From Octopus bimaculoides (taxonomy: Eukaryota): DNA of 64,000 nucleotides. Numbering within the stretch: position 1 is the stretch's first letter; each line of letters opens with the position of its first letter. Below are positions 13,251-26,940 of the stretch, in pieces. Location: assembly GCF_001194135.2 (NCBI RefSeq), contig NC_068984.1, positions 15,712,570 through 15,776,569 of the forward strand, written 5' to 3'. A program made the translations under genes and the position numbers. The notes under the pieces were generated by a model that worked only from the letters and a program-made list of their open reading frames with translations, did no database searches and was not told the origin of the DNA.

Positions 13251-15442
13251 ATCCCTAATTGATGGACTATTTATACTAACTTAATATAAGAGAAACTGAT
13301 TGGAGAATTGATTTATGATAATTTCTATAAACGCATTTCATATTATTTTGAATATTGTAACTGTTTAAAAAAAAATTAATTTACAGTTATATTTTGAATT
13401 TAAGCAACTATTTGTAATATTTATTAAGTTTATATGTATCTCAGCTTGTAAAACTGTTAGTATTATATACTCCACAAAATTTGAAGTAATATATGTTACA
13501 AAATTTTTTTATCATTATGCTATTTCGTATCAGTACCTGTATAATCCTTCTTTACACTGTTCTGTAAAAGACTCGACCTGGACAACAAAATTAACTTAAA
13601 TGGGTGGCCACTACTTCAAGCAATGCACCCCCACACTTTTGTTTTCATTCTAAAGAAACGAATTCTATTCGTAATAAAAAAGAGGAACGGGCTTTAATGA
13701 AGAGTGATTTGTGATTAAAGCCTGTTCATTTCGTCTTCTTCTTTTATAAATTTAAAAAAATAAATTCTGTGTACACTAACAGATTTCCACATATATATCC
13801 AGTAAAAGAAGTCCTGCTGTATGATGGCATATGGTAGCCGATAACCATATAGGAGCTTTGAAATGCACGTTATAAGGCTATTATCTAGATGATATATAAA
13901 TCGAGAGAGAGATTGGCTTTTACCATATGTATATCAACCTTTATATATTGACCCTGTAATATTTATCACATTCTTTATATAATTTTACTTAACACATAAT
14001 GTATTTTTTAATCTTTAATAATAATTTTCAATTTAAACATTTTGTCAACTGTTACAATTAACTAATTTTTCAAAGTTTTGTTTCCAGTAGGAATGCTTAA
14101 ATATTTTGCCCCCTCCTCCCTCCCTCCCTCTCTCTCTCTCTCTCTCTCTGTCTAAATATTCACACACACACGAATGTCCATGTGGTTTTAAGAAGTTTAT
14201 TTTGCAACGGTAAGGCTCTGTCCTTAATCTCACTGCATGGTACCTTTGGTATGTGTCTTCTATCATAGCCTTGAGTTGACTGATATGAGTGGAATTTGAT
14301 TTGATAGAAACTAGGCAGAAGACAGGCATATAGATATGTATTTGTCTGTGTCCATGTTTATGTTCGTACTACTCTAAGAAAATATTGTCTATGCTTTATC
14401 ATTTTAAATACTGTATTACTAAGTGGTTTGGCAAATAGAATAACTACCGTACTGAAATAAGTACTAAAGTTTGATATATTAGACTAAGCCTTTGAAAGCT
14501 CAAATGTGGTTGGCTAAAACCCGTAAAAGAGTAAAATGATACTCACATACACTAATTGTACTCTTCTCCATCTATATCGCATACTCTTTTAGGGTAAAAT
14601 TTGAATACATTATACTATAAAATGTTATTTAGCTGAGAGAAATTCATTTTTGGTGTTGAAGTTCTTTAACTGCTTTATTATTTAAATGATAAACTCGACT
14701 TAATTACTTGATAAATTGCTCATAAGAGAAATATTGGTTTCAAATTTTGACACAAGGCCAGCAAGTTTGGGAGAGGGAGTAAGTCGATTACACTGACACC
14801 CCTCCCCCTCCAGTAATCAACTGGTACTTATTTTATTGACCCCGAAAGGATGAAAGACAAAGTTGAAGTTGGCAGAATTTGAACTCAGAATGTAAAGATA
14901 AATGAAATGTTGCTAAGTATTTCTCCTGGCATGCTAATGGCTCTGCCAGCTTACTGCCATCATAACAGAAATATTGACATTATATAGTCTGTAATAAATT
15001 CTATTTAAAAATTGTTATTTATCATGCAACAGATAATATTTCTGAATTATTTCATTTTCAAACGAAACCTTTTTCTCAACATTGACAATTGTGTCTTTAG
15101 ATTTCAATTATTGATGTCTGAAGATCCCTGAAGGAAAATGAAGTAAATGCTATATATATTTTTCATAGTATAAGACATTTTGGTTTAATTACTGCTGTAC
15201 TTAACATGTTAATTTCTGTTTTTCTCTTTAATTTAAAATCAGTATTTAATATTAGTTTAAATATCTAAATATCTGAGAGGAGTTGTTATGAGGATTATAA
15301 TTACTTGGATTAGAATTCAGTGTCTTTTCCTGGATGTGTGCTATGGATATGTTAAAAAATAAGACACTTATACACGTAAATATTGACTTTAAAGTTAATA
15401 GGCAAATTCTATATAAAATATACATTATTTCAACGTATTATA

Positions 15443-15604
15443 TAGGTGCAGGAGTGGCTGTGTGGTAAGTAGCTTGCTTACCAACCACATGGTTTCGGGT
15501 TCATTCCCACTGCGTGGCCCCTTGGGCAAGTGTCTTCTACTATAGCCTCGGGCCAACCAAAGCCTTGTGAGTGGATTTGGTAGACGGAAACTGAAAGAAG
15601 CCTG

Positions 15605-15652
<48 letters not shown>

Positions 15653-15723
15653 GAACGAGGTGAAAAAGTGAAACATTGCTTGTTTTCACTTTTTCGATAT
15701 CAGTGAATAACTTCACTGGAAAA

Positions 15724-15754
<31 letters not shown>

Positions 15755-15964
15755 TTGTGTGTCTGTGTTTGTCCCCCCAACATCACTTGACAACCAATGG
15801 TGGTGTGTTTACATTCCCGTAACTTAGCGGTTCGGCAAAAGAGACCGATAGAATAAGTACTAGGCTTACAAAGAACAAGTCCTGGGGTTGATTTGCTTGA
15901 CTAAAGGTGGTGCTCCAGCATGGCCGCAGTCAAATGACTGAAACAAGTAAAAGAGTAAAGAGTA
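15443..15964 (+). mobile_element. tRNA-derived SINE family A (central (TA)n/(TG)n tract)
   Basis: Head ggagtggctgtgtggtaagtagcttgc...gggttca; tail gaaacaagtaaaagag. Other approximate copies: 1-265(-), 18322-18650, 20288-20666, 27778-28020(-), 36568-36952(-), 47762-48185, 53008-53510, 55200-55565. Confidence 0.85.
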
Positions 15965-18942
15965 TTAAATTTTTCATTTTAATTTCTTTTAAATAAATTC
16001 TAATCATGAAAAGATAAACTTCAATATTAGGAAACAAAAAAAAAACCCTTGCCATAGGCTCCATTGCTCCAGTTTCCTAGATTGTGTGGCGTGTATATTA
16101 CCTCACTGGATGGGATGCTGGTCTGTCACAGGACTTACTCGTTTTTGCCAGCAGAGTAGACTGGAGCAACATGAAATGAAGTGTTTTGCTTGAGAATTCA
16201 ATGCATTGCCTGGTCCAGGAATTGAAACCACAATCTTACCATTATGAGTGCACTGCCCTAGCCACTAAGATATGTGCCTCTGACTTTAATATTAGGAAGC
16301 AGGTTTGATTCTGAAATTTTTTTTCCATGTTGGCAAAAGGAACATTAAATGATGATGATTTCATTGAAAGTTGATATCTCATAGTTGCCATTTATATCAT
16401 CAGTAAAGTAATTTTTAAAAACCAATATAAAAATACATTTAAAAAATGCAGATAATAAAATGCAACATTGCACATAATATTGCTGTATCATTCTGAGAGT
16501 CACTCGTTTTCTGCTGACATATTTGTATAGTATTGTGTGTGTGTGTGTGTTGAAGAAGTGAGGAATATTTGAGAGGCACTTTTTTTGTGTGTGTAGCTGT
16601 CTCCACTCTCTATAAGTGGCTGATTATACTATTATCATGTGCAGTATGTGCCAGGGTTACTTACTGAGTTTATTTACTGATTGTCAAGGCAGGTATATCT
16701 TTTTGGGAGCAGCATATGACTGATAAATTGTCAGTCAGGACAAAGGACAGTTAAAATGATATGAAAATACTGGCACAGCAGTTTTGATGGTCCTAATACA
16801 CGTTTCCTCATGACCAACTCACTGAGTGATTGAAATTTCTTTCTGACGTAGTATTAACTTTAGAACCAATGAGGATCCTTTATTTATCTCCTTTCCAGTA
16901 CTTGATTCTGATTATCTGCAACTCAGTCATGCCCCTGTCCTTATTTTTATTTTCCAGCCTAGTATTTCTCAACTTATACATACCTATATATATTTTAGGT
17001 GCAGGCATGGTTTTATGGTTAAGAAGCTTGCCTTGCAATCAAATGATTTTTGGTTCAGTCCCACTCTGCAGTACTTTGGATTAGTGTCTTCTGCTATAAC
17101 TCTGGGTCAACCAATGCCTTATGAGTGAATCTGTCTGGATGCCTGTCATATATATGTTTTCCTGGTAGGGTATTTCCAATGCAGCACTCAGCCCAAGCCC
17201 TAGACTCACTGATGGAATCCAAACTTTATCTGAAATTCTTCAGGTGTAGAAAATCCTGTTTTCACAACAGTAAAACTATCATGTGGGTTTATCATCATCA
17301 TAATCGTTTAATGTCCGCTTTCCATGCTAGCATGGGTTGGACGATTTGACTGAGGACTGGTGAAACCGGATGGCAACACCAGGCTCCGATCTGGTTTAGT
17401 GAAGAGTAAAATATAATCTGAATAAGACGACAAAGGAAAACTGTAATGATCCATTACAATTGTTTCTGTACCATTTCTGCTTTCATTTCCATTTCATGCA
17501 AAAGTTCAGAGTGAAAATTTATGTAGTATTTGCAGTTTTAGACATTAAAGTAGCACTTCCTCAGACTTTGCAAAGACTGGCAGATCTGTGGAAGTGCCAC
17601 TCTAATGTCTATAACTGTAAATATTATGGAAATTTTCACTTTGAACTTTTGTGTGAACTGGTGATGAAAGCAGAGTAGAGCAGAAACAATTGTAACTGAT
17701 CCTTAACCCTTTAGCATTTAATCTGGCCATGTCTGACCCAAATATTCTACCCTACAATGTTGTTCTAAAACAATTATGTCATCGAAATCTCAAAGCTTTG
17801 AGATAATATCTGATTAATTCAAAACAATGTGAATCAATAAGCATTACATTTGACAGAAAAATCTGAATGCTAAAGGGTTAAAGATGTGTTTTTTGTCTTA
17901 TTTAGATTGTGTGTGTGTGTGTGTGTGTGTTATGTGTTTGTTCCCCACACACTGCTTAACAAAGAATGTTGGTTTATTTATGTGCCTGTAAGTTAAAGGT
18001 TCAGCAAAAGAGACCAATAGAATAATTGCCAGACTTAGAGTGTAATAAGTTAAGTGTTAAAATATTTTTCTGAAGGAGTTTCTTCTCTGAAGACCTTCTG
18101 CTGTTCAGCTCTCTTGAGAATTTCTTATCACTCAGTACTAGATTCAATTTGTGTGACTAAGCCTTTCAAAGCAGTGCCTCACCATGGTCACAGTCCATTG
18201 ACTGAAACAAATTAGAAATAAAAAGTGAAAAAAAAAAAAAGAGCAACTGTAAAAGTTGGTTAATTGCCTACAAATTGGAAATTAATTTTACTTTTGAGAA
18301 TCTAACTTTCTGTAAAAATGTGGCACCCTAGGCAAGTGTCTTCTACTATAGCCTCGGGCCAACCAAAGCCTTATGAGTGGATTTAGTAGATGGAAACTGA
18401 AAGAAACCCATGGTGTATGTGTGTGTGTGTGTATCTGTATGTGTGCCTGTATTTGTCTCTCCATCATTACTTGACAACTGGTGTTGGTGTGTTTGCATCC
18501 CTGTAACTTAGAGGTTTGGCAAAAGAGACCAATAGAATAAGTACTAGGCTTAAAAAATAAGTCCTAGGGTCAATTTGTTTAACTAAAATCCTTCAAGGCG
18601 GTGCTCCAGCATGGCTGCAGTAAAATGACTAAAACAAATAAAAAAAATGAAAGAACACCCTTAGGATATTATAAGGAATTAATAAATTATCCTTTTGTTT
18701 TATGCTTTGAAAAGATGCTTTTACACAATAATTGGTTTATTGGGCATCACTTCTCTTTTGAATTTATGTTGACAGTTAAGATTCTATTTCATTCACATTT
18801 GCAGTTAATTATATATGTAAGACACATGGAATTGGTAACTTAACTATAAAGTCTTCAATCTAAGTTTTATGTCAGCCATAAATAGACTTAACTCAGTGCA
18901 AGCATAGTTATGTGGTTAAATAATTTGCTTTATAGTCAAGTG

Positions 18943-19328
18943 TGGAGGCGCAATGGCCCTGTGGTTAGGGCAGCAGACTCGCGGTCATAGGATTGCGGTT
19001 TCGATTCCCAGACCAGGCGTTGTGAGTGTTTATTGAGCAAAAACACCTAAAGCTCAACAAGGCTCCGGCAGGGGATGGTGGTGAACCCTGCTGTACTCTT
19101 CCACCACAACTTACTCTCACTCTTATTTCCTGTTTCTGTTGTGCCTGTAATTCAAAGGGTCAGCCTTGTCACACTGTGTCACGCTGAATATCCCCAAGAA
19201 CTATGTTAAGGGTACATGTGTCTGTGGAGTGCTCAGCCACTTGCATACTAATGTCACGAGCAGGCTGTTCCGTTGATCGGATCAACTGGAACCCTCGACG
19301 TCGTAAGCGACGGAGTGCCAACAACAAA
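18943..19328 (+). mobile_element. tRNA-derived SINE family C, full length
   Basis: Head tggaggcgcaatggcc...ggtttcgattcc, (CAA)n tail, 11-bp TSD atagtcaagtg. Confidence 0.85.
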
Positions 19329-20769
19329 ATAGTCAAGTGATTCTGGTTCACTCCTTTTGTGTGACACTTTGGACAAATATCTTGTTATAGCCTCAACTTA
19401 TTCACTACCTTGTGTGTGCATGCATGTGTCTCTAAATTCCTGGATACTAGAGTGAAATGGTGGTACAGAAGTAACTACAAGCAGTAAAGCTGTCTGTGTG
19501 CATGTGTGTGTAAATAAAAGGGTTTTCTTCTTAATTTGTTAGATTGAAAACTGTCTTATATTTTTAAAATATTTCAGATTTTCAGTCCTTTACAATTTAT
19601 TTGAAATAATAGTTTCTACATTCATCACCATGTTAAAAACTTTTAACTATTGGATGAAATGACTGTTGCTGACTTACCTTTCTACAATTTTATAGTAGGC
19701 AGAGGATATATGATTAATGATTTGTTTGTATGGCAAGGCAAGGCAAGGTTTACAGTGCTGGTGTCATGAAAAAATGCATTAAGTACACTGTGTAAAGGGG
19801 TTCATGTTAGGAAGAGCAACCAACCTTAGAAACCATGCCGAAATTGAAAAATTGGAACAATATGTGGTCTTCAACTTGTTAGCCTTTGTTGAACCATCCA
19901 ACTGACATGGGTTGGGCATGGAAAATGAACTTAAAATGGTGACCGTAATGCTTTCCACTGACTAATTAAAACCGCAACCAACACAAGTGGCCTGGATGTT
20001 TTCCAGACTCTAGACTGGAGAATGAATTATGCTAAGATAATCACGAAAATCGATGAAAAATAACTATTCCTACAAGAACTGTAATCTTTAAAATAAAACA
20101 AATACTATGAAACTGAATTGTAAGTGGGTTGTAGTTATGCCCATAAGTAATTTCTTTTTCCTCCGAAGTAATTTCTTCTAAATGCACGGTTGAAAGCGTG
20201 ATGTACTTAAAAGTCAGACTTGGCCAGGTAACATACCATTCAGAGCTGTTTAGCTGTTATTGGCCAGTTTAGTAACAAAAACATTAAGAGGCGCAGGAGT
20301 GGCTGTGTGGTAAGTAGCTTGCTTACCAACCACATGGTTCCGGGTTCATTCCCACTGCGTGGCACCTTGGGCAAGTGTCTTCTACTATAGCTTTGGGTCG
20401 ACCAAAGCCTTGTGAGTGGATTTGGTAGACGGAAACTGAAAGAAGCCTGTCGTATATATGTTTGTGTGTCTGTGTTTGTCCTCCCAACATCGCTTAACAA
20501 CCGATGCTGGTGTGTTTATGTCCCCATAACTTAGCAGTTCGGCAAAAGAGACCAATAGAATAAGTACTAGGCTTCCAAAGAATAAGTCCTGGGGTCGATT
20601 TGCTCGACTAAAAGGCGGTGCTCCAGCATGGCCGCAGTCAAATGACTGAAACAGGTAAAAGAGAGTATAAATTTAAGGTATGAATAATTCATTTGTAAAT
20701 AAAATTAAATTTCTGCATATGTTAATTTAATTTATTTTACATATCATGTCTCTGCTTTATTAATTTCAG

Positions 20770-20849
20770 ACATAAAGAAGCTTCGTCCTCCAAATCGGAA
20801 GTGTATAGATGATCACTTATCTCAAATAAAAGAGAAAAGCAAGCTTCTT
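20770..20849 (+). CDS. Coding exon A (first located exon) of coiled-coil Bfr1/PPI-like gene
   Basis: tttcag|ACATAAAG...CTTCTT|gtaagt; 80 nt, phase 1 to 0; (x)IKKLRPPNRKCIDDHLSQIKEKSKLL. Confidence 0.8.
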
Positions 20850-20866
20850 GTAAGTACCAGATTTTT

Positions 20867-20871
<5 letters not shown>

Positions 20872-20914
<43 letters not shown>

Positions 20915-21007
20915 ATCTCTCTCTCTCTATCTCTCTCTCTCTCTCTCTCCCCTCCCTCTCTCCCCCCTCTCTCTATCTCTTTCTCTCTCTCTCTCTCTGT
21001 CCCTCTC

Positions 21008-21091
<84 letters not shown>
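20872..21091 (+). repeat. (CT)n microsatellite, about 220 bp
   Basis: Nearly pure CT repeat starting 22 nt after the exon A donor. Confidence 0.95.
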
Positions 21092-21094
<3 letters not shown>

Positions 21095-21578
21095 ATTTAT
21101 TTATATTTAAATATTTGGAATAGTTTGATTAATCTAAAAATAGACACCTTTCCTTTTGAGAATTATTCACTCTCAACAGTTTTACATATCTCATGTTGTG
21201 ATCCAGTATAGATTCTTTGTAGATTTCAGTATAGATTCATACTGAAATTATAAAAATAAGTCATTCACTTATATTGTTTAGCCCCAGGTCAGACCTCACT
21301 GCACAGATTTATGATAAAAGTTGTTTGAGCCATGACCATTCTTTTGCCAGGCATAGGCACGTAAAAAAACACCATTTGAGTGTGGCTGTTGCCAGTACCG
21401 CTTGACTGGCCCTCGTGCCGGTGGCACGTAAAAAGCATCCACTACACTCTCGGAGAGGTTGGCGTTAGGAAGCTCTGCCAGTTCAGATTGGAGTCTGGTG
21501 TAGCCATCTGGTTTGCAAGTCCCCAGTCAAATCGTCCAACCCATGCTAGCTTGGAAAGCGGACGTTAAATGATGATAA

Positions 21579-21678
<100 letters not shown>

Positions 21679-22482
21679 AAAGAAAATGTTGCGGTTTAAT
21701 ATGGTGGGTATTTTTTGGCTAACTATTCAAAATGACCATCTATAAACTTCCTTATTTTCTTGATTTAGTTATATTGTAGATGGAAGTGTAAAATAAAAAC
21801 AAGATAATATTTAGTTAGATTTAATTTTTATTTGAGGGAAATAAATTTTATTTAAAATCCTGTAAGTGCACATGGCTTTATTGAATAGGAATAACTGATG
21901 TTATTTGGTTTCTTAATCCTTTCACAGTTAGCCATTAGCTGTTTATTTGATTCATGTTACCTCCAGTAATTAATGGCTTCTAATATTAACAGAATCTGCA
22001 GATTGGATGACAAGTAGGGGTGTAGTCGATATAATCGACAAAATTACTATGTTAGTACTTATTTTATGAATTACTGGAAAATGAAACGGCAGGCACGTGG
22101 GATTTAAAGTTCAGAGCGTAAAGGGACGTAACTTAAAGGATTTTGGTCTGATGGTCTATGGATTGTCACCTATTACTCTTAATGTGTCTGTTGAGATGAG
22201 GAAAATTAATATAATTTAGAACATTTTTGTTCTCTCTCTCACTCTCTCTGTCTTTGTCTGTCTGTCTGTCTCTCTCTCTCTTTCACACACACAATTACTC
22301 AAACCGGCCTACAAAATTTACTACTTCTGTACAAAACGTTGCAAGGGAAGTAACTACTTCAGATAAGTTTACTGCAACAAGTGAGGCAGGAATTAATGTT
22401 CTTCAATTGTGAAATGTTAACAGAATGAAGAAATTTTATCAGCTGTGGATATGTCTTAATCTAGAGATAGGTTTGAAGGCAA

Positions 22483-22516
<34 letters not shown>

Positions 22517-23940
22517 GAAGAAGAAGAATAAGCCTTAGGTATAATAAAAAAATATGCCTTAGGTATAATAAAAAAATATTCAGACAAATACATAACAAAA
22601 ACACCAAGACTTACAAATATATATATAACACACAGAAAATTGCACTACTGGGCACTGCACACATCCAACGCAAAACACTTTCAATACAGTAACCATAAGA
22701 GCATCACAGCAAACCACAGCACATACCCAAGGCACACAGAGCTGCGCTCGGTAGTGAAGTGAAAGCACGCTATGAAAATAAACCTACTGAATAATAATCA
22801 TTTAACGTCCGTTTTTCAAGCTGGCATGGGTTGAACGGTTTGACTGGAGCTGGCCTTGGCATAGTTTCTAATAATAATAGTAATAATAGTTAAAGAATGA
22901 TGAATAAAACGAATTGAATTGGGACCAAGATGAAATAATGGTGACAGTAAATAGTTTAGGAAAGTGATGTTGCTTGCTCTTGCAACAGACAAATTTTCTT
23001 ATGTAGCAGCTTTTTTGTTTTTTAAAACCATAACTGATATCGTTAATCATCTTGTAACACTATACAATGTCTTTTCTGAAAGGAACTCTACTAGCACAAT
23101 GACTGTAATCATTTTACAACAACTCTAATGTCATTAGCTTGACACTTGCATTGTACAGAGTTGATGTATATCACAAGATATATAATTATTAACCATTTAT
23201 GGTCAGTAACAGCATGTGTACTCAGGGAAGAGTATGGTTTTCTGTCATACTGAGGTAGGATGACCAACCTCTTTACCTCTATTAGAAACCTGATCTGAAA
23301 TGGGGTTACAAGACATGTTGGTGGATATAATTCACTTTATATGAGACTTTTACCAAAGTTTTGGTCTTTAGAACATAAGTAAATTAGTGACTTCTTTATT
23401 AAGAGATAAAAGGTTTGAATTGATAATAGGTACTTGCCTTGAACAACAGTAAGGAACTGTATATGACTGGGTTTTTTGTTAGATCCATTTTTACTTATTG
23501 TCTTCATAAATGATTTGTTATTCTTAACTGAAATATGTGCAATGTCTTTGATGACGATTAACATTTTCACAACCGGATGACATTGAGAGCACTATTTACT
23601 GGCTTTGTCTGTACTGTAGCTAAGGAATCAATCATACAGGAACTACCTCATTATCTAATTTACATTATATTTTCATTTACGACTAAACCTGTGCTAGATA
23701 TATTACTTGCTCTATTTTCTTTTTGGTTACACTTAAGGCACCAAGAGTAGAATATTTTTATTATGGCAATCAATAATTTCTCAAAATTTGCTCAGAGCTA
23801 CTCGTTAACAGTGCACTGCACTGGTTATTGTGTGTATTTCTGTGTGTACATAAATGTACCAGAACATGCTTCTAAATAAACAACCTATACTTTTACTAGT
23901 CATGTTTTAATGACTACACTTTCTTAGGAGTAAATAATCT

Positions 23941-24182
23941 TGAAGTAGTTGTACGCTGTCAACTTAATGTGACTCCCCTGAAGGGAATAATACTACTGTT
24001 GGTTAGACCTAGGAAGCTGCACCACTTCCTGTCAGCCTTGACACATTTCCTGTGTCCTTATGTTGACACAGGAAATGTGTCAAGGCCGATAGGAAGCGAT
24101 GCAGCTTCATAGGTCTAACCAACAGTAGTATTATTCCCTTCAGGGGACTGTCACATTAAGCTGACAGCATACAACTACTTCA
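23941..24182. mobile_element. Near-perfect palindromic MITE-like element (about 242 bp)
   Basis: Arms of about 117 bp, tgaagtagttgta...gacacatttcctgtgtc, reverse-complementary with about 7 substitutions and one 2-nt indel. Confidence 0.8.
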
Positions 24183-24266
24183 TCGTATCACTACTGCATA
24201 AATCTCTCTGAGAAATTTAGAAATGTATTATTTGTAAATAATCTTGAATAACTTATTTGTTTCTAG

Positions 24267-24401
24267 AAACAATATGTAAATGAGGAAGAAAGTATTCAAC
24301 AGACGTTGAAAGATGTGTGCACTGAACGGAGTGAATACACTAAACTGCAAAGTCAGAATATTTCAGATTTGAAATTGCTTAAATCTGAAATCATTCAAAA
24401 G
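24267..24401 (+). CDS. Coding exon B
   Basis: ttctag|AAACAA...CAAAAG|gtatgt; 135 nt, phase 0 to 0; KQYVNEEESIQQTLKDVCTERSEYTKLQSQNISDLKLLKSEIIQK. Confidence 0.9.
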
Positions 24402-24708
24402 GTATGTTTATTATTTAATATGAAATATTTGGTTGTATTATAGTATTTTTTCAGATTAATTGTTGGATATTGATATTAACATTACAGAAATATTGTAAAA
24501 AGGTTGGTGTATTGATAGAATAAATAGAGTGATGGATAAAATGTCTGCAGTATTTGTGTACTTTTATGCTTTGAGTTCGAATCCTGCCGTGACCACCACT
24601 ATGTAACATCATTCTAGGGTTGATTAAATATGTACCAGTCTAATTCACTGGACCCTTTTCCCTACATCTGAGGCATGGTGCCTTTGTAAGGAAAAAAAAT
24701 TAATATTA

Positions 24709-24726
24709 AACCCTAACCCTAACCCT
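24709..24726 (+). repeat. Short telomere-like (AACCCT)3
   Basis: aaccctaaccctaaccct directly abutting a 5'-truncated RTE tail. Confidence 0.7.
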
Positions 24727-25556
24727 ACACTCTCTGAGTGGTTGGCGTTAGGAAAGGCATCCAGCTGTAGAAACTCTGCCAAATTAGATTGGAGCCTGGT
24801 GTTGCCATCCGGTTTCACCAGTCCTCAGTCAAATCGTCCAACCCATGCTAGCATGGAAAGCGGACGTTAAACGATGATGATGATGATTAATAGGGTACAG
24901 ACATGGCTGTGTGGTTAAGAAACTTGCTTTGCAATCATGTGCTCTCAGATTCAGTCCTGCTTGACACTTTGAGAAGGTGTCTTCTACAATAGTCCTGGGC
25001 TGACCATTGTTCGTTGATGGTAACTGTGTGGAGGTTCATTATATGGTTGTGCCTTTTTGTGTTTGTCACCTACCACCACTTGACAGATAGTGTTGGTTTG
25101 TTTACATCCCCTTAACTTAGTGGTTCAGCAAGAGGGAACAATAGAATAAGTACCAGACTTAAAATGAGCATTGGGGTCATTTGGTTCACTTAAGCATTGA
25201 AGATGGTGTCCCAGCATATCTGAAGTGCAATGGTTGAAGCAACCAAAATATAAAATCAATATTAAATGTAAATTAATTTGGAATTATATTCACACTGAAA
25301 ATATATTGATTTACTTGAGCAAACAAACAAGGTAATGGCTATGGTAAAATGTTTTGCACACTAATATTTTCATCCTGGTGTGTGTATGTTCGTGTATGTG
25401 TGTGAATTTTTTGTTTTGGTTATAAAGATATATTTGTAATCCTCATTAATTTCATGGATGTTTTCAAAATTCTTTCTCTTACTTTTAGGTTTTATTATCT
25501 TACTTCAACATTATTGTTGTAATTGTTGTTTTTCATTTCTTCATTCCTGTTTTCAG

Positions 25557-25627
25557 AACAATACCTTATCAAATTTGCAATCAGGTTTAACGTACAAGAA
25601 TGAAAACAAGATAAATGAAGCTATCAA
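25557..25627 (+). CDS. Coding exon C
   Basis: tttcag|AACAAT...ATCAA|gtatgt; 71 nt, phase 0 to 2; NNTLSNLQSGLTYKNENKINEAI(K). Confidence 0.9.
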
Positions 25628-26398
25628 GTATGTGTAATCTTTTCTTTCTGTTTTATTTTTCTTTCCTTTTATATAATATTTATGAGCAAAATAAATAAGC
25701 AAATTTAATTTATTTTAACCCTTTAGCATTTAAACTGGCTATATCAGGTCAAGATGTTCTACCTGTTTTATGTTCAAACCAGTCAGATCTGGCCTTTCAC
25801 ACCCGCCCTACAATGTCATTCTAAATGTAAACAATCACATTGTAAAAATCTCAAAACCACAACATAATCCACAATTAATACAAAGCAATGTGAATAAATA
25901 AGCTTTACAGTTGACAAAGTAATTTGGATGCTAAAGAGTTAAACCTTAATAAATTCTCTCTCTGAATCAGATTTTGCTTCATGTAATGTCTTATTGAAGT
26001 TAGGCTAGTAAGTGAGGACTGACTGTAAAATATTGACATACATTCTGGGATTTTGGAAAGTTCTACAAGGTATCCAAGACAAAATACTGCTAACTTAGAA
26101 CTTAGTACTTAAACTGGGAAGAATATGGATTTCTTGAGACTATGCTCTGACAATGCACTGAACAAGATGATGGCTACTGCCTGAAAGCAAAGACACCTTG
26201 GGGTTCCCCACTACCTTAATTAACAGGAATAGTATAAATTTGAGGAAATTTTGTGACCCTTCACACTTGCACCTGAGGTCGACTACTCCCACTCCTTAAC
26301 AACCTCTCTTGTCAGACCTTTGTCAGTAGACAATGTGTAAAATCTCCCTTTTTTTGAATTGTTAACAAGTAACGTAAGAAAAAAATCTTTTTAAATCA

Positions 26399-26765
26399 CC
26401 ATCATCATCATCATCGTCATTTAACGTCCGCTTTCCATGCTAGCATGGGTTGGACGATTTGACTGAGGACTGGTGAAACCAGATGGCTACACCAGGCTCC
26501 AAGCTGATCTGGCAGAGTTTCTACAGCTGGATGCCCTTCCTAACGCCAACCACTCCAAAAGTGTAGTGGGTGCTTTTACGTGCCGCCGGCACGAAGGCCA
26601 GTCAGGCGGTACTGGCAACAGCCACGCTCAAAATGGTGTATTTTATGTGCCACCCGCACAAGAGCCAGTCCAGGGGCACTGGCAACGATCTCACTCGAAA
26701 GTCCTTCCACATGCCGCGGGCACAAGTGCCAGAAAGGCACCACTGGGCACAGGTGCCATCACGAT
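26399..26765 (-). mobile_element. RTE-tail repeat (about 360 bp)
   Basis: Same family as the 3'UTR of 7090-7705. Other approximate copies: 5596-6000(-), 8632-9050(-), 11375-11572(+), 21355-21580(+), 24727-24888(+), 29116-29400(-), 39698-39945(-), 46770-47160(+), 50760-51083(+). Confidence 0.85.
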
Positions 26766-26940
26766 ATAATATAGATTATATAATTTTTTTTACATCAGCA
26801 CCAGTTAAATGTTGCTTTTTACCTAATCATGTTGTTATACATTTAGTGCTGTACCATGTTTAGATTGCGCTAGCTGTTGTTTAATTATTGTGAACATAAT
26901 TTTATAAATGTTATATTTTGTACATCTGCTTAATCAATAG

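Noticed and set aside
20737-21093. Poly-ER ORF on the minus strand
   Set aside because: Translation of the (CT)n microsatellite; exon A is on the opposite strand.
22531-22579. 24-bp tandem duplication (also short duplications at about 59200-59340 and 55960-56045)
   Set aside because: Ordinary slippage-type repeats in low-complexity DNA with no linked feature.
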